Origin: an uncultured Bacilli bacterium
Lineage (GTDB): Bacteria > Bacillota_I > Bacilli_A > RF39 > UBA660
DNA: 64,000 nt
Direction: 5' to 3'
Assembly (NCBI GenBank): GCA_947629655.1
Contig: CANREL010000002.1
Span: 79,152-143,151, forward strand
The notes under the pieces were generated by a model. The model saw only the letters and a list, made by a program, of their open reading frames with translations, made no database searches and was not told the DNA's origin. Each line of letters opens with the position of its first letter. The stretch's first letter is position 1. Of this stretch, positions 1 to 9,061 are shown piece after piece. Position numbers and translations under genes: made by a program.

Positions 1-662
1 CGATCAAAGCTTTTCACAATTATCTATTTCAAAAACAAATCTTAAAAGTAGATGTTTCTGAAACTGTTGAAAGGCCAAAACTTCGTAAAAAGTTACCCAA
101 CGTTTTAACCGTTGATGAAGTTGATCGTCTTCTCGATATCGATTGTCAAACCCCATTTGACTACCGCAATAAATCTATGCTAGAATTGATGTATGGCACT
201 GGTCTTAGAATATCAGAATTACTAGATTTAAAATTGACTGATTTCGATTTGGAGAATTGTATCATCAGATGCCGTGGAAAAGGTAGCAAAGAGAGAATTG
301 TTCCCATCGGTGAATATACCATGGACTCATTAGAAAAATATTTAGAAGTGCGCAATGTTCTTCTCAAAAATAAGAATTGTGAATACCTATATTTGAATAA
401 TTTAGGTGGGAGATTGAGTCGTTTCAGTTTTTTTAAAATTCTAAAGCGAATGTTAGTAGAAAAAAACATTCATAAAGATGTATCTCCCCATTCCCTAAGA
501 CATAGTTTTGCTACCCATATGTTGGAATATGGTGCTGATTTGCGAAGCATTCAAGAATTGTTAGGTCACTCTGACATCGCAACGACCAAGATATATACCC
601 ACATATCCAACAACAAAATAAAAAGAGAATATGAAGAGTACCATCCTAGAAGTAAAAAATAA
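1..662 (+). CDS. xerD: Tyrosine site-specific recombinase XerD (5' end truncated by the window; frame is open from nt 3)
   Basis: The in-frame translation from the window start reads ...ERPKLRKKLPNVLTVDEVDRLLD...LELMYGTGLRISE...LGHSDIATTKIYTH. This matches the XerD/XerC catalytic domain, and the stop is TAA at 660-662. Confidence 0.85.
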   Translation, partial: IKAFHNYLFQKQILKVDVSETVERPKLRKKLPNVLTVDEVDRLLDIDCQTPFDYRNKSMLELMYGTGLRISELLDLKLTDFDLENCIIRCRGKGSKERIVPIGEYTMDSLEKYLEVRNVLLKNKNCEYLYLNNLGGRLSRFSFFKILKRMLVEKNIHKDVSPHSLRHSFATHMLEYGADLRSIQELLGHSDIATTKIYTHISNNKIKREYEEYHPRSKK

Positions 663-674
663 GGAAGTGTATAT

Positions 675-1844
675 ATGAAATTCAAAAGAATATTTGTCTT
701 GATATTAGATTCATTAGGAGTAGGTGAAGCTCTTGATGCCAATGATTATGGCGATAATGGTGCTAATACATTAAAACATATTTTAGATAATTATGATCTA
801 TTCATTCCCAATCTTGAAAAATTAGGTTTTTTAAATACCATCAATATGGATGATAAGGAAGATGTAGAAGCATATTATACTATCGCAAGACCAACTAATA
901 GTGGTAAAGATAGTTTAACTGGTCATTATGAAATAGTTGGTATTGAGAATAAAGTACCATTTAAAACTTTTACAGAGAGAGCTTTTCCAATCGAATTAAT
1001 TGATAAAATAGAAGAAATAACTGGTAAAAGAATAATTGGTAACAAAGTCATCAATGGTGAAGAAATAATAAATGAACTAGGGGAGAGACACCTAAATTAT
1101 GGTTCCTTAATCTTATATACGTCAAGTGATTCAACCTTGCAAGTAGCTGCGCATGAAGATATCGTACCAGTTGCTAAATTGCATACTTATTGTGAAAAAA
1201 TTAGAAAATTGACACTTAATGAAGAATGGAAAGTAGCGCGTGTCATCGCAAGACCTTTCACTGGAAAACCAGGAAGATTCAAATTCACTAATGATCGCAT
1301 GGACTTTGCTGTAAAACCTCCAAAAAGAAGTGTCTTAAATGAGTTAAAAGACCATCAATATGGAGTTATATCAATTGGTAAAATAGCTGATGTTTTTGAT
1401 GGTGAAGGAATCACTAAAACGATTAAAGGTGCTAAGACAAACATTGATACAATCAATAAATTGACCGATATTATGAGCAAAAATTTCACTGGTGTATGTT
1501 TGACAAACTTGAATGATTTTGACGCTCTATATGGTCATAATAGGGACATAGAAGGGTATGGAAAAGCCATTGAAGAGTTAGACGTCGAAATACCTATGAT
1601 TTTGAATAAGCTAAATAATGATGACTTATTGATCATCACTGCTGATCATGGTAACGATCCAACTTTCCCAGGAAATGCTCATACGCGTGAGAATGTGCCA
1701 GTAATCCTATTTGGTCGTAATTTCAAAACACCATCTAAACTAGAACCACTTCAAACAATGGCTGACATCGGAGCAACAATCGCTGAAAACTTTGGTGTTC
1801 CTGCTCCAGAAATTGGAACTAGTTTCTTAGATAAACTAAAATAA
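675..1844 (+). CDS. deoB: Phosphopentomutase
   Basis: N-terminus MKFKRIFVLILDSLGVGEALDANDYGDNGANTLKHI. Full-length 389 aa. RBS AAGGAAGTG precedes the ATG. The gene follows xerD as in Bacillus ripX-drm. Confidence 0.9.
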   Translation: MKFKRIFVLILDSLGVGEALDANDYGDNGANTLKHILDNYDLFIPNLEKLGFLNTINMDDKEDVEAYYTIARPTNSGKDSLTGHYEIVGIENKVPFKTFTERAFPIELIDKIEEITGKRIIGNKVINGEEIINELGERHLNYGSLILYTSSDSTLQVAAHEDIVPVAKLHTYCEKIRKLTLNEEWKVARVIARPFTGKPGRFKFTNDRMDFAVKPPKRSVLNELKDHQYGVISIGKIADVFDGEGITKTIKGAKTNIDTINKLTDIMSKNFTGVCLTNLNDFDALYGHNRDIEGYGKAIEELDVEIPMILNKLNNDDLLIITADHGNDPTFPGNAHTRENVPVILFGRNFKTPSKLEPLQTMADIGATIAENFGVPAPEIGTSFLDKLK

Positions 1845-1845
1845 A

Positions 1846-1878
1846 AAGAGTAGAATCAAATCTACTCTTTTTCTTCTT
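1846..1878. terminator. Bidirectional rho-independent terminator shared by deoB (+) and the convergent mini-ORF (-)
   Basis: Stem AAGAGTAGA, loop ATCAAA, stem TCTACTCTT, followed by TTTCTTCTT. An A-run lies on the other side. Confidence 0.6.
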
Positions 1879-2029
1879 CAAAACTGTCACAAACAGTGTC
1901 GTCTTTACAGTTTGGATCACTGCAACCACAACCAACTTTAATCTCGCTCAATTGACACATTTCTTTCTCACAATCGTTATGTTTACAAGTATCAACATTG
2001 CATTTAATCTTTTGATTTTTCTTTGTCAT
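1862..2029 (-). CDS. Small Cys-rich protein (55 aa), DUF1540-like (C-x-V-x-x-C-x-H/Y-N motif); not in the ORF track
   Basis: The reverse complement has GGAGG, a 7-nt spacer, then ATG. It encodes MTKKNQKIKCNVDTCKHNDCEKEMCQLSEIKVGCGCSDPNCKDDTVCDSFEEEKE, and its stop lies inside the terminator hairpin. Confidence 0.45.
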   Translation of the reverse strand: MTKKNQKIKCNVDTCKHNDCEKEMCQLSEIKVGCGCSDPNCKDDTVCDSFEEEKE

Positions 2030-2084
2030 AATAAATACCTCCGTTAATTATGTTGTCCAAAAACGGGTTAAATATGACAAATAA

Positions 2085-2113
2085 TTGACATTTTTTAAAA
2101 AAAGTGCTATAAT
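2085..2113 (+). promoter_or_regulatory. Sigma-A type promoter with extended -10 (TTGACA, 17 nt spacer, TGcTATAAT)
   Basis: TTGACA at 2085-2090 and TATAAT at 2108-2113, with TG at 2105-2106. The RBS AAAGGGGG and the ATG at 2141 follow. Confidence 0.55.
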
Positions 2114-2140
2114 GTAGCACATAAAAAGGGGGAATTTAAT

Positions 2141-2887
2141 ATGTCAGTAAGTGATAAAGAACTAGAGAGAGTGGTATTGCCATTCATTGATGAATATCAA
2201 CATTTTTATGATAGTGATGAAGAATTACGTGAAGAAGTTGATTGCTCATCCGTATCTAATTTCTTGCGTTATTCATACAAAGATGCTTATCATTTTCTAG
2301 GTGAAAATGAATCAGTATATACACAAATATTTGCTCATCTTGGTCTATTGCCCGAAGAAAAAAATCCATACTACCAAATGATGAAAAGAATCGAAGCTGA
2401 ATATGGTCTTGATCGTGATATCGTCGAAGTAGGGGGAGGAATGATTCCTGTTCTCGGTATGGAAATAGCTAAAAGACAACTTGAAATAGGTAAAGGTAGC
2501 ATAACTATATATGATCCTAAAGCTTTTATAAAAACAGCTAATGGAGCCAAAATAATCAATGGTTATTTCACCGAAGCAACAAGTCCAGCTTTAAAAGAAG
2601 GGGACTTATTGATAGGGCGTAAGCCATGTGATGCTACAATTGGCATGATTAAAGCAGCTAACAAACGTAATGTCGAGTTCTACATAAGCTTATGTGATTG
2701 TGATCATACCCCTACTGAGTATCGTTTAACACATGGTGGTCTACGTGGATGCATATGGCATGACTACGTTAAAGATGTAGCAACATCTACATTACCAAAA
2801 GACATGGACCTAAAAGTCGAAGAAGAACAGAGTGTAATGAATGATATGTATCATGTTACAGTAATAAAAACTAAAAAAATGAGATAG
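2141..2887 (+). CDS. Hypothetical protein (248 aa) with an acidic N-terminus. The E-V-G-G-G-M-I-P stretch weakly resembles a SAM-binding glycine motif.
   Basis: Long ORF with a good promoter, RBS and terminator. No confident family assignment could be made from the sequence. Confidence 0.55.
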   Translation: MSVSDKELERVVLPFIDEYQHFYDSDEELREEVDCSSVSNFLRYSYKDAYHFLGENESVYTQIFAHLGLLPEEKNPYYQMMKRIEAEYGLDRDIVEVGGGMIPVLGMEIAKRQLEIGKGSITIYDPKAFIKTANGAKIINGYFTEATSPALKEGDLLIGRKPCDATIGMIKAANKRNVEFYISLCDCDHTPTEYRLTHGGLRGCIWHDYVKDVATSTLPKDMDLKVEEEQSVMNDMYHVTVIKTKKMR

Positions 2888-2906
2888 GGTAATATCTCTT
2901 TTTTTT
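2881..2906 (+). terminator. Rho-independent terminator
   Basis: GAGATA, loop GGGTAA, TATCTC, then T8. The stop codon is embedded in the left arm. Confidence 0.5.
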
Positions 2907-2918
2907 GCCCTATTAATA

Positions 2919-3050
2919 TATAACCTTATTATAATTTAAAAATAGGATATATACGTGCGCATTATAACCTTATTATATTTATAAATAAAGATAATATACG
3001 CGTATTTATAACCTTATTATATATTTAAATAAGGTTATATATATACATAC
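2919..3050. repeat. Three direct 44-bp tandem repeat units with core TATAACCTTATTATA at 2919, 2963 and 3007. An inverted partial copy at 3028-3039 makes a 12-bp palindrome with unit 3.
   Basis: Read directly from the sequence. The period is exactly 44 bp. The units also share GATA(a)TATACG(t)GCG. Confidence 0.7.
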
Positions 3051-3410
3051 CAAAAATTTTTTATGATTTACCAGTCTCACATCTACACATCATCATCAAT
3101 AGTGACATAATAACTATTACATGATAAGATAATATATGAAAAGATACTATCTGCTTATATTTATTGTTTGGATTATATCCAAAAGGCAACATAATATCAA
3201 TTATAGGAAGTTAATCTTCGGAAAGAGAAGTATGAATTTATAACTGAAATAAATAGATTCTCATTCTAATAAAAACTACATTATTATTAAGTATATTAAG
3301 GATTTATAAAGCATCTCATCACACATATGAATATATAATCATATGTGTTTTATTATTTTTATAGCATTATTATTCATGAATTATGTTACCCTAAATAGAG
3401 TGACCTACTC

Positions 3411-3440
3411 CACTAAAAAAAGCTGATGTTTCACAGCTTT
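3411..3440. terminator. Bidirectional terminator immediately 3' of the minus-strand gene 3439..4422
   Basis: AAAGCTG, loop ATGTTTCA, CAGCTTT, flanked by A6 on one side and T-runs on the other. Confidence 0.55.
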
Positions 3441-4422
3441 ATTTTTTCTTTACTAACATGCAAGCAGTTGCATCTTTTTTACCATGTTTTACTTCTTCAA
3501 AGAGACTGCTTTCCTCACCAGGGAATACAGCTAGCTTTTCTCTTTTACCATCAGTAGCTGTCTTTATTATCTCTTCTACTATTTCCTCTTCAGGCATAGT
3601 GCTATTAATTACAACCATTCTATCCTCGCTTACGCAATTGACAACACCTCTAGAGAATAAATACATTCTATCAAAGTCATCACTTGATATGACATAGATA
3701 GTTGTCATGTATTTGCGATCTGATTTAGTATCACCCAATTTAGAAACATTAAAATCTCTTGACTTAGTGAAACGCATTTCGTCTTTAGCAAAATATCCCA
3801 TACGATATTCTTTCCAAATATCTGAGTCTTCTTCATTCAATTGAGAAATGTTAAGACCATCACCTATATAACAACGCAAGTTACCAACATTAGCGACAAA
3901 AGTGTATTCAGGTCCAATGACAGCCATGATCATCTTTGCTTCATTATCACCCTTAGCTCTTTTTAAATTTCTATCAACATTAGTAAGACAACTGTTAAAA
4001 CGATCATTTATTCTTTCAATATTAAAATTTCTTAAAGTCTCAGCATCTAACGAATCAAAACAACTCTTCAATCTAGAAACGACATATTGGGCAGAAGGTA
4101 TCATCTTAGAAGCACTTTCACCAGGGACAAATCCATTTCCTTCTGCAACGACCATAAACTTATAATCACTATCCATGGGATGAGAAGCTATTTCAAAGCT
4201 ATCATTACTTTCTCTATCACGATCAGTACCATACATTATATATCCCTTCAAAAAAGCTCCACTACCACTCTTTTCAAGTGCATAAGTACTTTTATCACTA
4301 TTAACTCTTTTTCTCTTAATTGGTGACTTTATTGCATTCTCACGAGCTGAATTAAAAAAATCATGATAAAATTTTAAATTCTTTACTATCTTATTTTTTA
4401 AATCATCGAAATTAATATTCAT
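3439..4422 (-). CDS. PP2C/PPM-fold Ser/Thr phosphatase-like protein with degenerate catalytic motifs (possible pseudophosphatase)
   Basis: Motifs FMVVAEGNGFVPGESAS (cf. VADGMGGHxxGExAS), FVANVGNLRCY (cf. ANVGDSRxY) and ISSDDF (cf. LCSDGL). The metal-binding Asp residues are replaced by E/N. Confidence 0.5.
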   Translation of the reverse strand: MNINFDDLKNKIVKNLKFYHDFFNSARENAIKSPIKRKRVNSDKSTYALEKSGSGAFLKGYIMYGTDRDRESNDSFEIASHPMDSDYKFMVVAEGNGFVPGESASKMIPSAQYVVSRLKSCFDSLDAETLRNFNIERINDRFNSCLTNVDRNLKRAKGDNEAKMIMAVIGPEYTFVANVGNLRCYIGDGLNISQLNEEDSDIWKEYRMGYFAKDEMRFTKSRDFNVSKLGDTKSDRKYMTTIYVISSDDFDRMYLFSRGVVNCVSEDRMVVINSTMPEEEIVEEIIKTATDGKREKLAVFPGEESSLFEEVKHGKKDATACMLVKKK

Positions 4423-4530
4423 ATATAAACTCCTCCCCTCAACAATATGTCCATTATTATACCATTTTTTCCTAAGTATTTAAAGGAAGAGTCAAGATAA
4501 AATTACAATTACTTGCTTCTTTACGTAAAA

Positions 4531-4555
4531 TAAAAAAAGATATCTTTCGATATCT
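4531..4555 (-). terminator. Rho-independent terminator (7-bp stem, GAAA tetraloop, T7) overlapping the stop of gene 4554..5321
   Basis: The minus strand reads AGATATC gaaa GATATCT TTTTTTT. Confidence 0.55.
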
Positions 4556-5321
4556 ATACTTTTCTTGATTGTATTTCAGCAATCTTTTCTAATACTTCTT
4601 TAGCATTAACTTCATTTATTTCCGTATAACCAAGTTCTCTTAAAGCTTGTACTTTAGCAGTGTTAAGTTCTTGAGTTCTACTTAACTTTTCTTCATTCTT
4701 ATGCTCAATGTCTTGAACAAATCTCTTATGTGATTCAGCTAACTTAGTTTTAGAAGCACCACCATTGTTATAAAGAGTCAATCCAGAGAATAAAATACTT
4801 TCAAAGATAAATTGTTGTTCTTGATTAAAAACGAATTCCATTGGATCAGTAAATCCCATAGACTTAGACATATAAGCAAGGATATATTTAAGTTCTTTAG
4901 AAGTCTCCATAGATTTTAGATAATGATACAAATAAACATAAGCATTATAAGTATCTTTAGTTTGATCTTCCTGTAATTTTTCTTTTAATAAGTTAATAAT
5001 ATCTGTAAGAAGATCTTGTTCTTTTTTATTGAATCCTTTTAAATCAGCTAAAACCTCTTTATCAGAAGAATCTTTAACACCATCATTTAAACGACCTTCA
5101 ACATCGATTATATAACTTCCCTCTATTTTAATATCTTGTAATTCTTCTTCAGATTTTATATTTAAAAGACTCATTAACTTCGTAGATTTTTCTTTAGGCC
5201 AATCCTTTAAACTTGGCAATGCCAAATAGTTATAAAGCATTTGACGAGAAACACCTAAATACTTAGCTAATCTAACTTTTGATATTCCTAACTCATTTAA
5301 TATATTATTTAAATTTTCCAT
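4554..5321 (-). CDS. HTH (XRE-like) domain protein of unknown function, 255 aa
   Basis: N-terminal helix-turn-helix LNELGISKVRLAKYLGVSRQMLYNY. A GGAGG RBS is present. The gene lies 35 nt downstream of the NERD gene. Confidence 0.6.
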   Translation of the reverse strand: MENLNNILNELGISKVRLAKYLGVSRQMLYNYLALPSLKDWPKEKSTKLMSLLNIKSEEELQDIKIEGSYIIDVEGRLNDGVKDSSDKEVLADLKGFNKKEQDLLTDIINLLKEKLQEDQTKDTYNAYVYLYHYLKSMETSKELKYILAYMSKSMGFTDPMEFVFNQEQQFIFESILFSGLTLYNNGGASKTKLAESHKRFVQDIEHKNEEKLSRTQELNTAKVQALRELGYTEINEVNAKEVLEKIAEIQSRKV

Positions 5322-5356
5322 GACTTCTAACCTCCATACAATTTAATTTTATCATT

Positions 5357-6370
5357 TTATTTGACATTGTCAAGTGTAAAGTTATCATTATTAATAATTT
5401 CAATAATTTCCTCACCATGAAGTTTTAGTTTTGTATTATCAAGTATTTTTGAATCTTTTAATTTTTCAATTGTATTTGGTTTTTCTTTAACTAATCTTTC
5501 AAGTTCAGCATTATTAAATACGTAATAAGCAGGTATTTTTCTATCTCTACTCTTCTTAGTTCTAAATTCTTTGAGTCTTGTTTCTAACGCAATATCATAT
5601 TCCATTGGTGATTCAGTATTATTTTCTTGTTCAATTTTTCCATATTTATCTTTTAGTTCTCTTACTCTTGTAATATTAGCATTTAAAAAGCCTTCACTAT
5701 TATCAAGCATCTGTTTTTGCGTAGATAAATTATCCCATGTTGTATTATTGTATTCTTTTTTCAAATATTCATTTAACTGATCAATTTTAACAATGTGATC
5801 TTTAATTTCTTTTGGTGCATATTTAATATTTAAGATACCTTTAGGATTACAAAACACTACTAAAGGTCGATACCAACTACTAAAATTTTTTTCAAACAAC
5901 AATTGACTCAATTTACCATTACGTTCTAACCATCTTTTCTTTATGAGTTCAATATGGCGCAAAGCCTGACGATATGGTGAATATATTGATTCTTTAATAT
6001 GTTTGCCATTTATATAATATTCTCTAACAAATTCCCCTTTATTATCAACAGTAACGTTTCCAATTAGATTTTTACATTCAACTATATAAGTCGCAGCTGG
6101 TGTATTTATAATATAATCTATTTGTGCTGTTAAGTCTTCATATGGCAAAGTTATATCATGTAATACATAAATTCCTAAATCACTTGTTTTTAGTTCATAT
6201 TCGATTTGTCTTTCACCCATTAAACCTAACTCTAATTTTTTAATATCGATATCTAATTTTTCTTTATCTTTTACTTGTTCACGAATACTTTTTAATTCAG
6301 CAATTTCTTTTTCTAATTCACTATCAGACTTTAAAAAAATCGTTTCTCTAAATCTATCAAATAATGCCAT
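5357..6370 (-). CDS. NERD (nuclease-related domain) protein with an HRDC-like C-terminal region
   Basis: NERD signature GERQIEYEL...VLHDITLP...IDYIINTPAATYIVECKNLIGNV and a C-terminal PAYYVFNNAELERLV...LHGEEII segment. The likely ATG is at 6370, with an AGGTGG RBS overlapping the mnmA stop. Confidence 0.7.
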   Translation of the reverse strand: MALFDRFRETIFLKSDSELEKEIAELKSIREQVKDKEKLDIDIKKLELGLMGERQIEYELKTSDLGIYVLHDITLPYEDLTAQIDYIINTPAATYIVECKNLIGNVTVDNKGEFVREYYINGKHIKESIYSPYRQALRHIELIKKRWLERNGKLSQLLFEKNFSSWYRPLVVFCNPKGILNIKYAPKEIKDHIVKIDQLNEYLKKEYNNTTWDNLSTQKQMLDNSEGFLNANITRVRELKDKYGKIEQENNTESPMEYDIALETRLKEFRTKKSRDRKIPAYYVFNNAELERLVKEKPNTIEKLKDSKILDNTKLKLHGEEIIEIINNDNFTLDNVK

Positions 6371-6379
6371 AAATACCAC

Positions 6380-7489
6380 CTATAATAAATACCAAAGTTT
6401 TTCGTCATTCTTTCTTACTTCTTTAATAATTCCTCCACCAAGACATCTTTCCCCTAAATACAAAACACAAGCTTGTCCAGGTGTCACTGATTTAATATTG
6501 TCATATCTAACCAATAAATTACCATCATCTAAATATTCAATTTTTACTGGATAATCACTCGCACGATATCTAAATTTAGCTGTGCATTCACTAGGTCTTT
6601 CATCACCATTAAAGTTAACCATTTCAACGATACAACTATCAGATAATAAATAATCATTATCTTCACCTAAGGCGACATAAAGAATATTTTTTTCAAGGTT
6701 TTTTCCAACGACAAACATTCTATTCTCATAGCCACCAATATCTAATCCTCTTCGTTGACCAATCGTATAATACATTAACCCAATATGTTTACCTAAAACC
6801 TCATTATTATCAATATTAACGATATCTCCTGGTAAGTTAGGTAAATAATTTTTTAAAAAGTTTTTAAAGTTTCTCTCACCAATAAAACATATACCTGTAG
6901 AATCTTTTTTAGAAGCCGTAGTTAAATTATACTTTTTAGCAATTTCTCTAACTTCACTTTTTTCAATATCCCCCAAAGGAAATAAAACATTTTCGAGTTG
7001 TTCTTTACTCAATTGTGATAAGAAATAAGTCTGATCTTTATTAGTATCTTTACTGCGACATAATTTACCATCTTTCATTTTGGCATAATGACCAGTAGCG
7101 ATATAATCTGCCCCTAATCTTTTAGCTTCACGAATAAAATAATCAAACTTAATATATTTATTACACATAATATCTGGATTAGGTGTTCTTCCCTTTTTCA
7201 ATTCCTCTAAAAAATAAGTAAAGACATAATCCCAATACTCTTTAACAAAATCAATGCGATGAAGAGGTATCCCTATTTCTTCACATACTTTTAAAGCATC
7301 ATTATAGTCTTGTTCTTGTGGACAAATATTTTCATTTAAAGTTGGATTACCTAGTATGTCATTATTGATAGCAGCATCCCAATTGCGCATGAATAAACCT
7401 TCTACATCATATCCTTGTTCTTTTAAAAGAATAGCTGCAACTGAAGAGTCCACTCCCCCACTCATTCCAATAATTACCTTTTTATTCAT
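6380..7489 (-). CDS. mnmA: tRNA-specific 2-thiouridylase
   Basis: [38 protein letters not shown] (PP-loop). Full-length 369 aa. GGTGA RBS. Confidence 0.9.
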   Translation of the reverse strand: MNKKVIIGMSGGVDSSVAAILLKEQGYDVEGLFMRNWDAAINNDILGNPTLNENICPQEQDYNDALKVCEEIGIPLHRIDFVKEYWDYVFTYFLEELKKGRTPNPDIMCNKYIKFDYFIREAKRLGADYIATGHYAKMKDGKLCRSKDTNKDQTYFLSQLSKEQLENVLFPLGDIEKSEVREIAKKYNLTTASKKDSTGICFIGERNFKNFLKNYLPNLPGDIVNIDNNEVLGKHIGLMYYTIGQRRGLDIGGYENRMFVVGKNLEKNILYVALGEDNDYLLSDSCIVEMVNFNGDERPSECTAKFRYRASDYPVKIEYLDDGNLLVRYDNIKSVTPGQACVLYLGERCLGGGIIKEVRKNDEKLWYLL

Positions 7490-7558
7490 AACGAATCACC
7501 TAGGCATATTATACAACAATATATAAAAAAACAAAAGATACTAATCTTTTGTCCATTT

Positions 7559-7675
7559 TTACTTTCTAGTACCAAGTTCAATAATGATTAAAACTGGTAA
7601 TGCTAGAATCACTAATACTATAGCTAATAACGTCTCAAAAAATCCCCAATTTTGATTTCTAATATATCTTCTCAT
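7559..7675 (-). CDS. Possible 38-aa hydrophobic peptide (MRRYIRNQNWGFFETLLAIVLVILALPVLIIIELGTRK)
   Basis: AAGGAG sits 5 nt upstream of the ATG and overlaps the stop of the NUDIX gene. The ORF is below the ORF-track size cut-off. Confidence 0.25.
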   Translation of the reverse strand: MRRYIRNQNWGFFETLLAIVLVILALPVLIIIELGTRK

Positions 7676-7677
7676 AA

Positions 7678-8121
7678 CTACTCCTTTACTACATATCCCA
7701 TTTTTTCTAATCCATATTTTGCAAACGGTGATAATTCGTCACCATTTAGTTTATCTATTTCATACCAAGAAGCACCTTCTGAATCTAGCCCATCAGCTTC
7801 TTTTTTTAAATTAAAATCATTTGTTTCAACTTCATAAAGAATTCCGATGTGATGCAAATCTTCCCATAAATCATTTTCGACATTCCATTTTATGTTTACT
7901 GAAGTACAATCAATCAATTTCCAACTGTTAACACTAATTCCTGCTTCTTCCATAATTTCACGTTTCAATGCTTCAACAGGGGTTTCTGTATGTTCAATTC
8001 CACCACCAGGTAAATCAAGTTTACCCTTATAACCACCTCTTGCTTTCCTAATCAAAGCAATCTTATTATTTTGAATAATGATGCCATATGAACCAATATG
8101 AGTATTTACCATTGTTTTCAT
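7678..8121 (-). CDS. NUDIX hydrolase
   Basis: Nudix box LPGGGIEHTETPVEALKREIMEEAGI. GGTGA RBS. Confidence 0.8.
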   Translation of the reverse strand: MKTMVNTHIGSYGIIIQNNKIALIRKARGGYKGKLDLPGGGIEHTETPVEALKREIMEEAGISVNSWKLIDCTSVNIKWNVENDLWEDLHHIGILYEVETNDFNLKKEADGLDSEGASWYEIDKLNGDELSPFAKYGLEKMGYVVKE

Positions 8122-8400
8122 AATTCACCAACTTTCTTTTTTTATTATATCATACGGCAAATGTTGTCAGCAACCTAACTTAATTACAAAAAAAGCAAAC
8201 CAATGGTAGAGATTTAATTTCATCTATTCTTGTATTTACTGATAAAATCTTACTTAATTAATACTACATATTTCTATGAGGTAAGGAGTTTTATTGTCTT
8301 TTTAATAAAAATTTGTTTTTTATTTATGTTTTTTGAAAGTAATAACATAAAAAATAATAACAAAATATACCTTAAATAAGTTCTTAAAAAAAATTTAAAT

Positions 8401-8443
8401 TTTAAAAATTAAAAAACTATATTAAGTATAACACTTAATATAG
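8401..8443 (-). terminator. Rho-independent terminator of the RHS-immunity transcript (11-bp perfect inverted repeat)
   Basis: CTATATTAAGT ataac ACTTAATATAG, followed on the minus strand by TTTTTTAATTTTT. Confidence 0.5.
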
Positions 8444-8512
8444 CAAAATTATTATTTATATATAATAAATTTAAATGAGAAAAATATTTTTGTTTGCTTT
8501 TAATAAATAATT

Positions 8513-9052
8513 CTATGTTCTTTTTTTACTATTATAATAATCAATTCTTTTTTTATCTTCACAATATTTGATTGATTCCTTTGCTGTTTTATTCAAATAT
8601 TCCAATATTTCACTTGGTTCATCAAAATTAATATTTGGCTCAGCATAGTAAAAGTTAATATTATTTTTTTTACACCAATCTATAATTATTCTTTTTTCTT
8701 CTTCTCTTCTAAACTCTTGAAATTCTCCCCATAAATCATTATCTTCACAAATACAATGAAATAAATTGAAATATGATATCAATTCGTTATCATCTATTAT
8801 TTTAATTCTATCCTTATCAATTACTAATTTATTAAACAAGGTTTTAATTTCTTTATTATTTTGAAAATTAATAGCAAACTCAATATTTTTATAAAAGGGA
8901 ATTTTAGGAACTTTAATGTAATTTTTTTTACTTTTAACTTTCAAATTTATAAAATCATATTCCTCTATAATTTCTAACGAATTAATATTAACATAATAAT
9001 CAATTATTTCATGAGTAAATGGTAAAATCAAATCATATATGTTTATTTTCAT
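8513..9052 (-). CDS. Putative cognate immunity protein of the RHS C-terminal toxin (179 aa, cytoplasmic, K/E/N-rich)
   Basis: Its ATG is 9 nt after the RHS stop, and an AAGGAGG RBS overlaps that stop. There is no signal peptide. The position is the canonical rhs-rhsI arrangement. Confidence 0.55.
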   Translation of the reverse strand: MKINIYDLILPFTHEIIDYYVNINSLEIIEEYDFINLKVKSKKNYIKVPKIPFYKNIEFAINFQNNKEIKTLFNKLVIDKDRIKIIDDNELISYFNLFHCICEDNDLWGEFQEFRREEEKRIIIDWCKKNNINFYYAEPNINFDEPSEILEYLNKTAKESIKYCEDKKRIDYYNSKKRT

Positions 9053-9061
9053 AAATCCTCC

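Noticed and set aside
2919-3050. Considered whether the 44-bp direct repeats are a CRISPR array
   Set aside because: There are only three contiguous units with no unique spacers. The units are AT-rich and only partly conserved. No cas genes occur anywhere in the window.
3458-4326. Three plus-strand ORFs (3458..3697, 3902..4165, 4087..4326)
   Set aside because: All lie antisense within the 327-aa PP2C-like gene. They have no RBS and give low-complexity translations.
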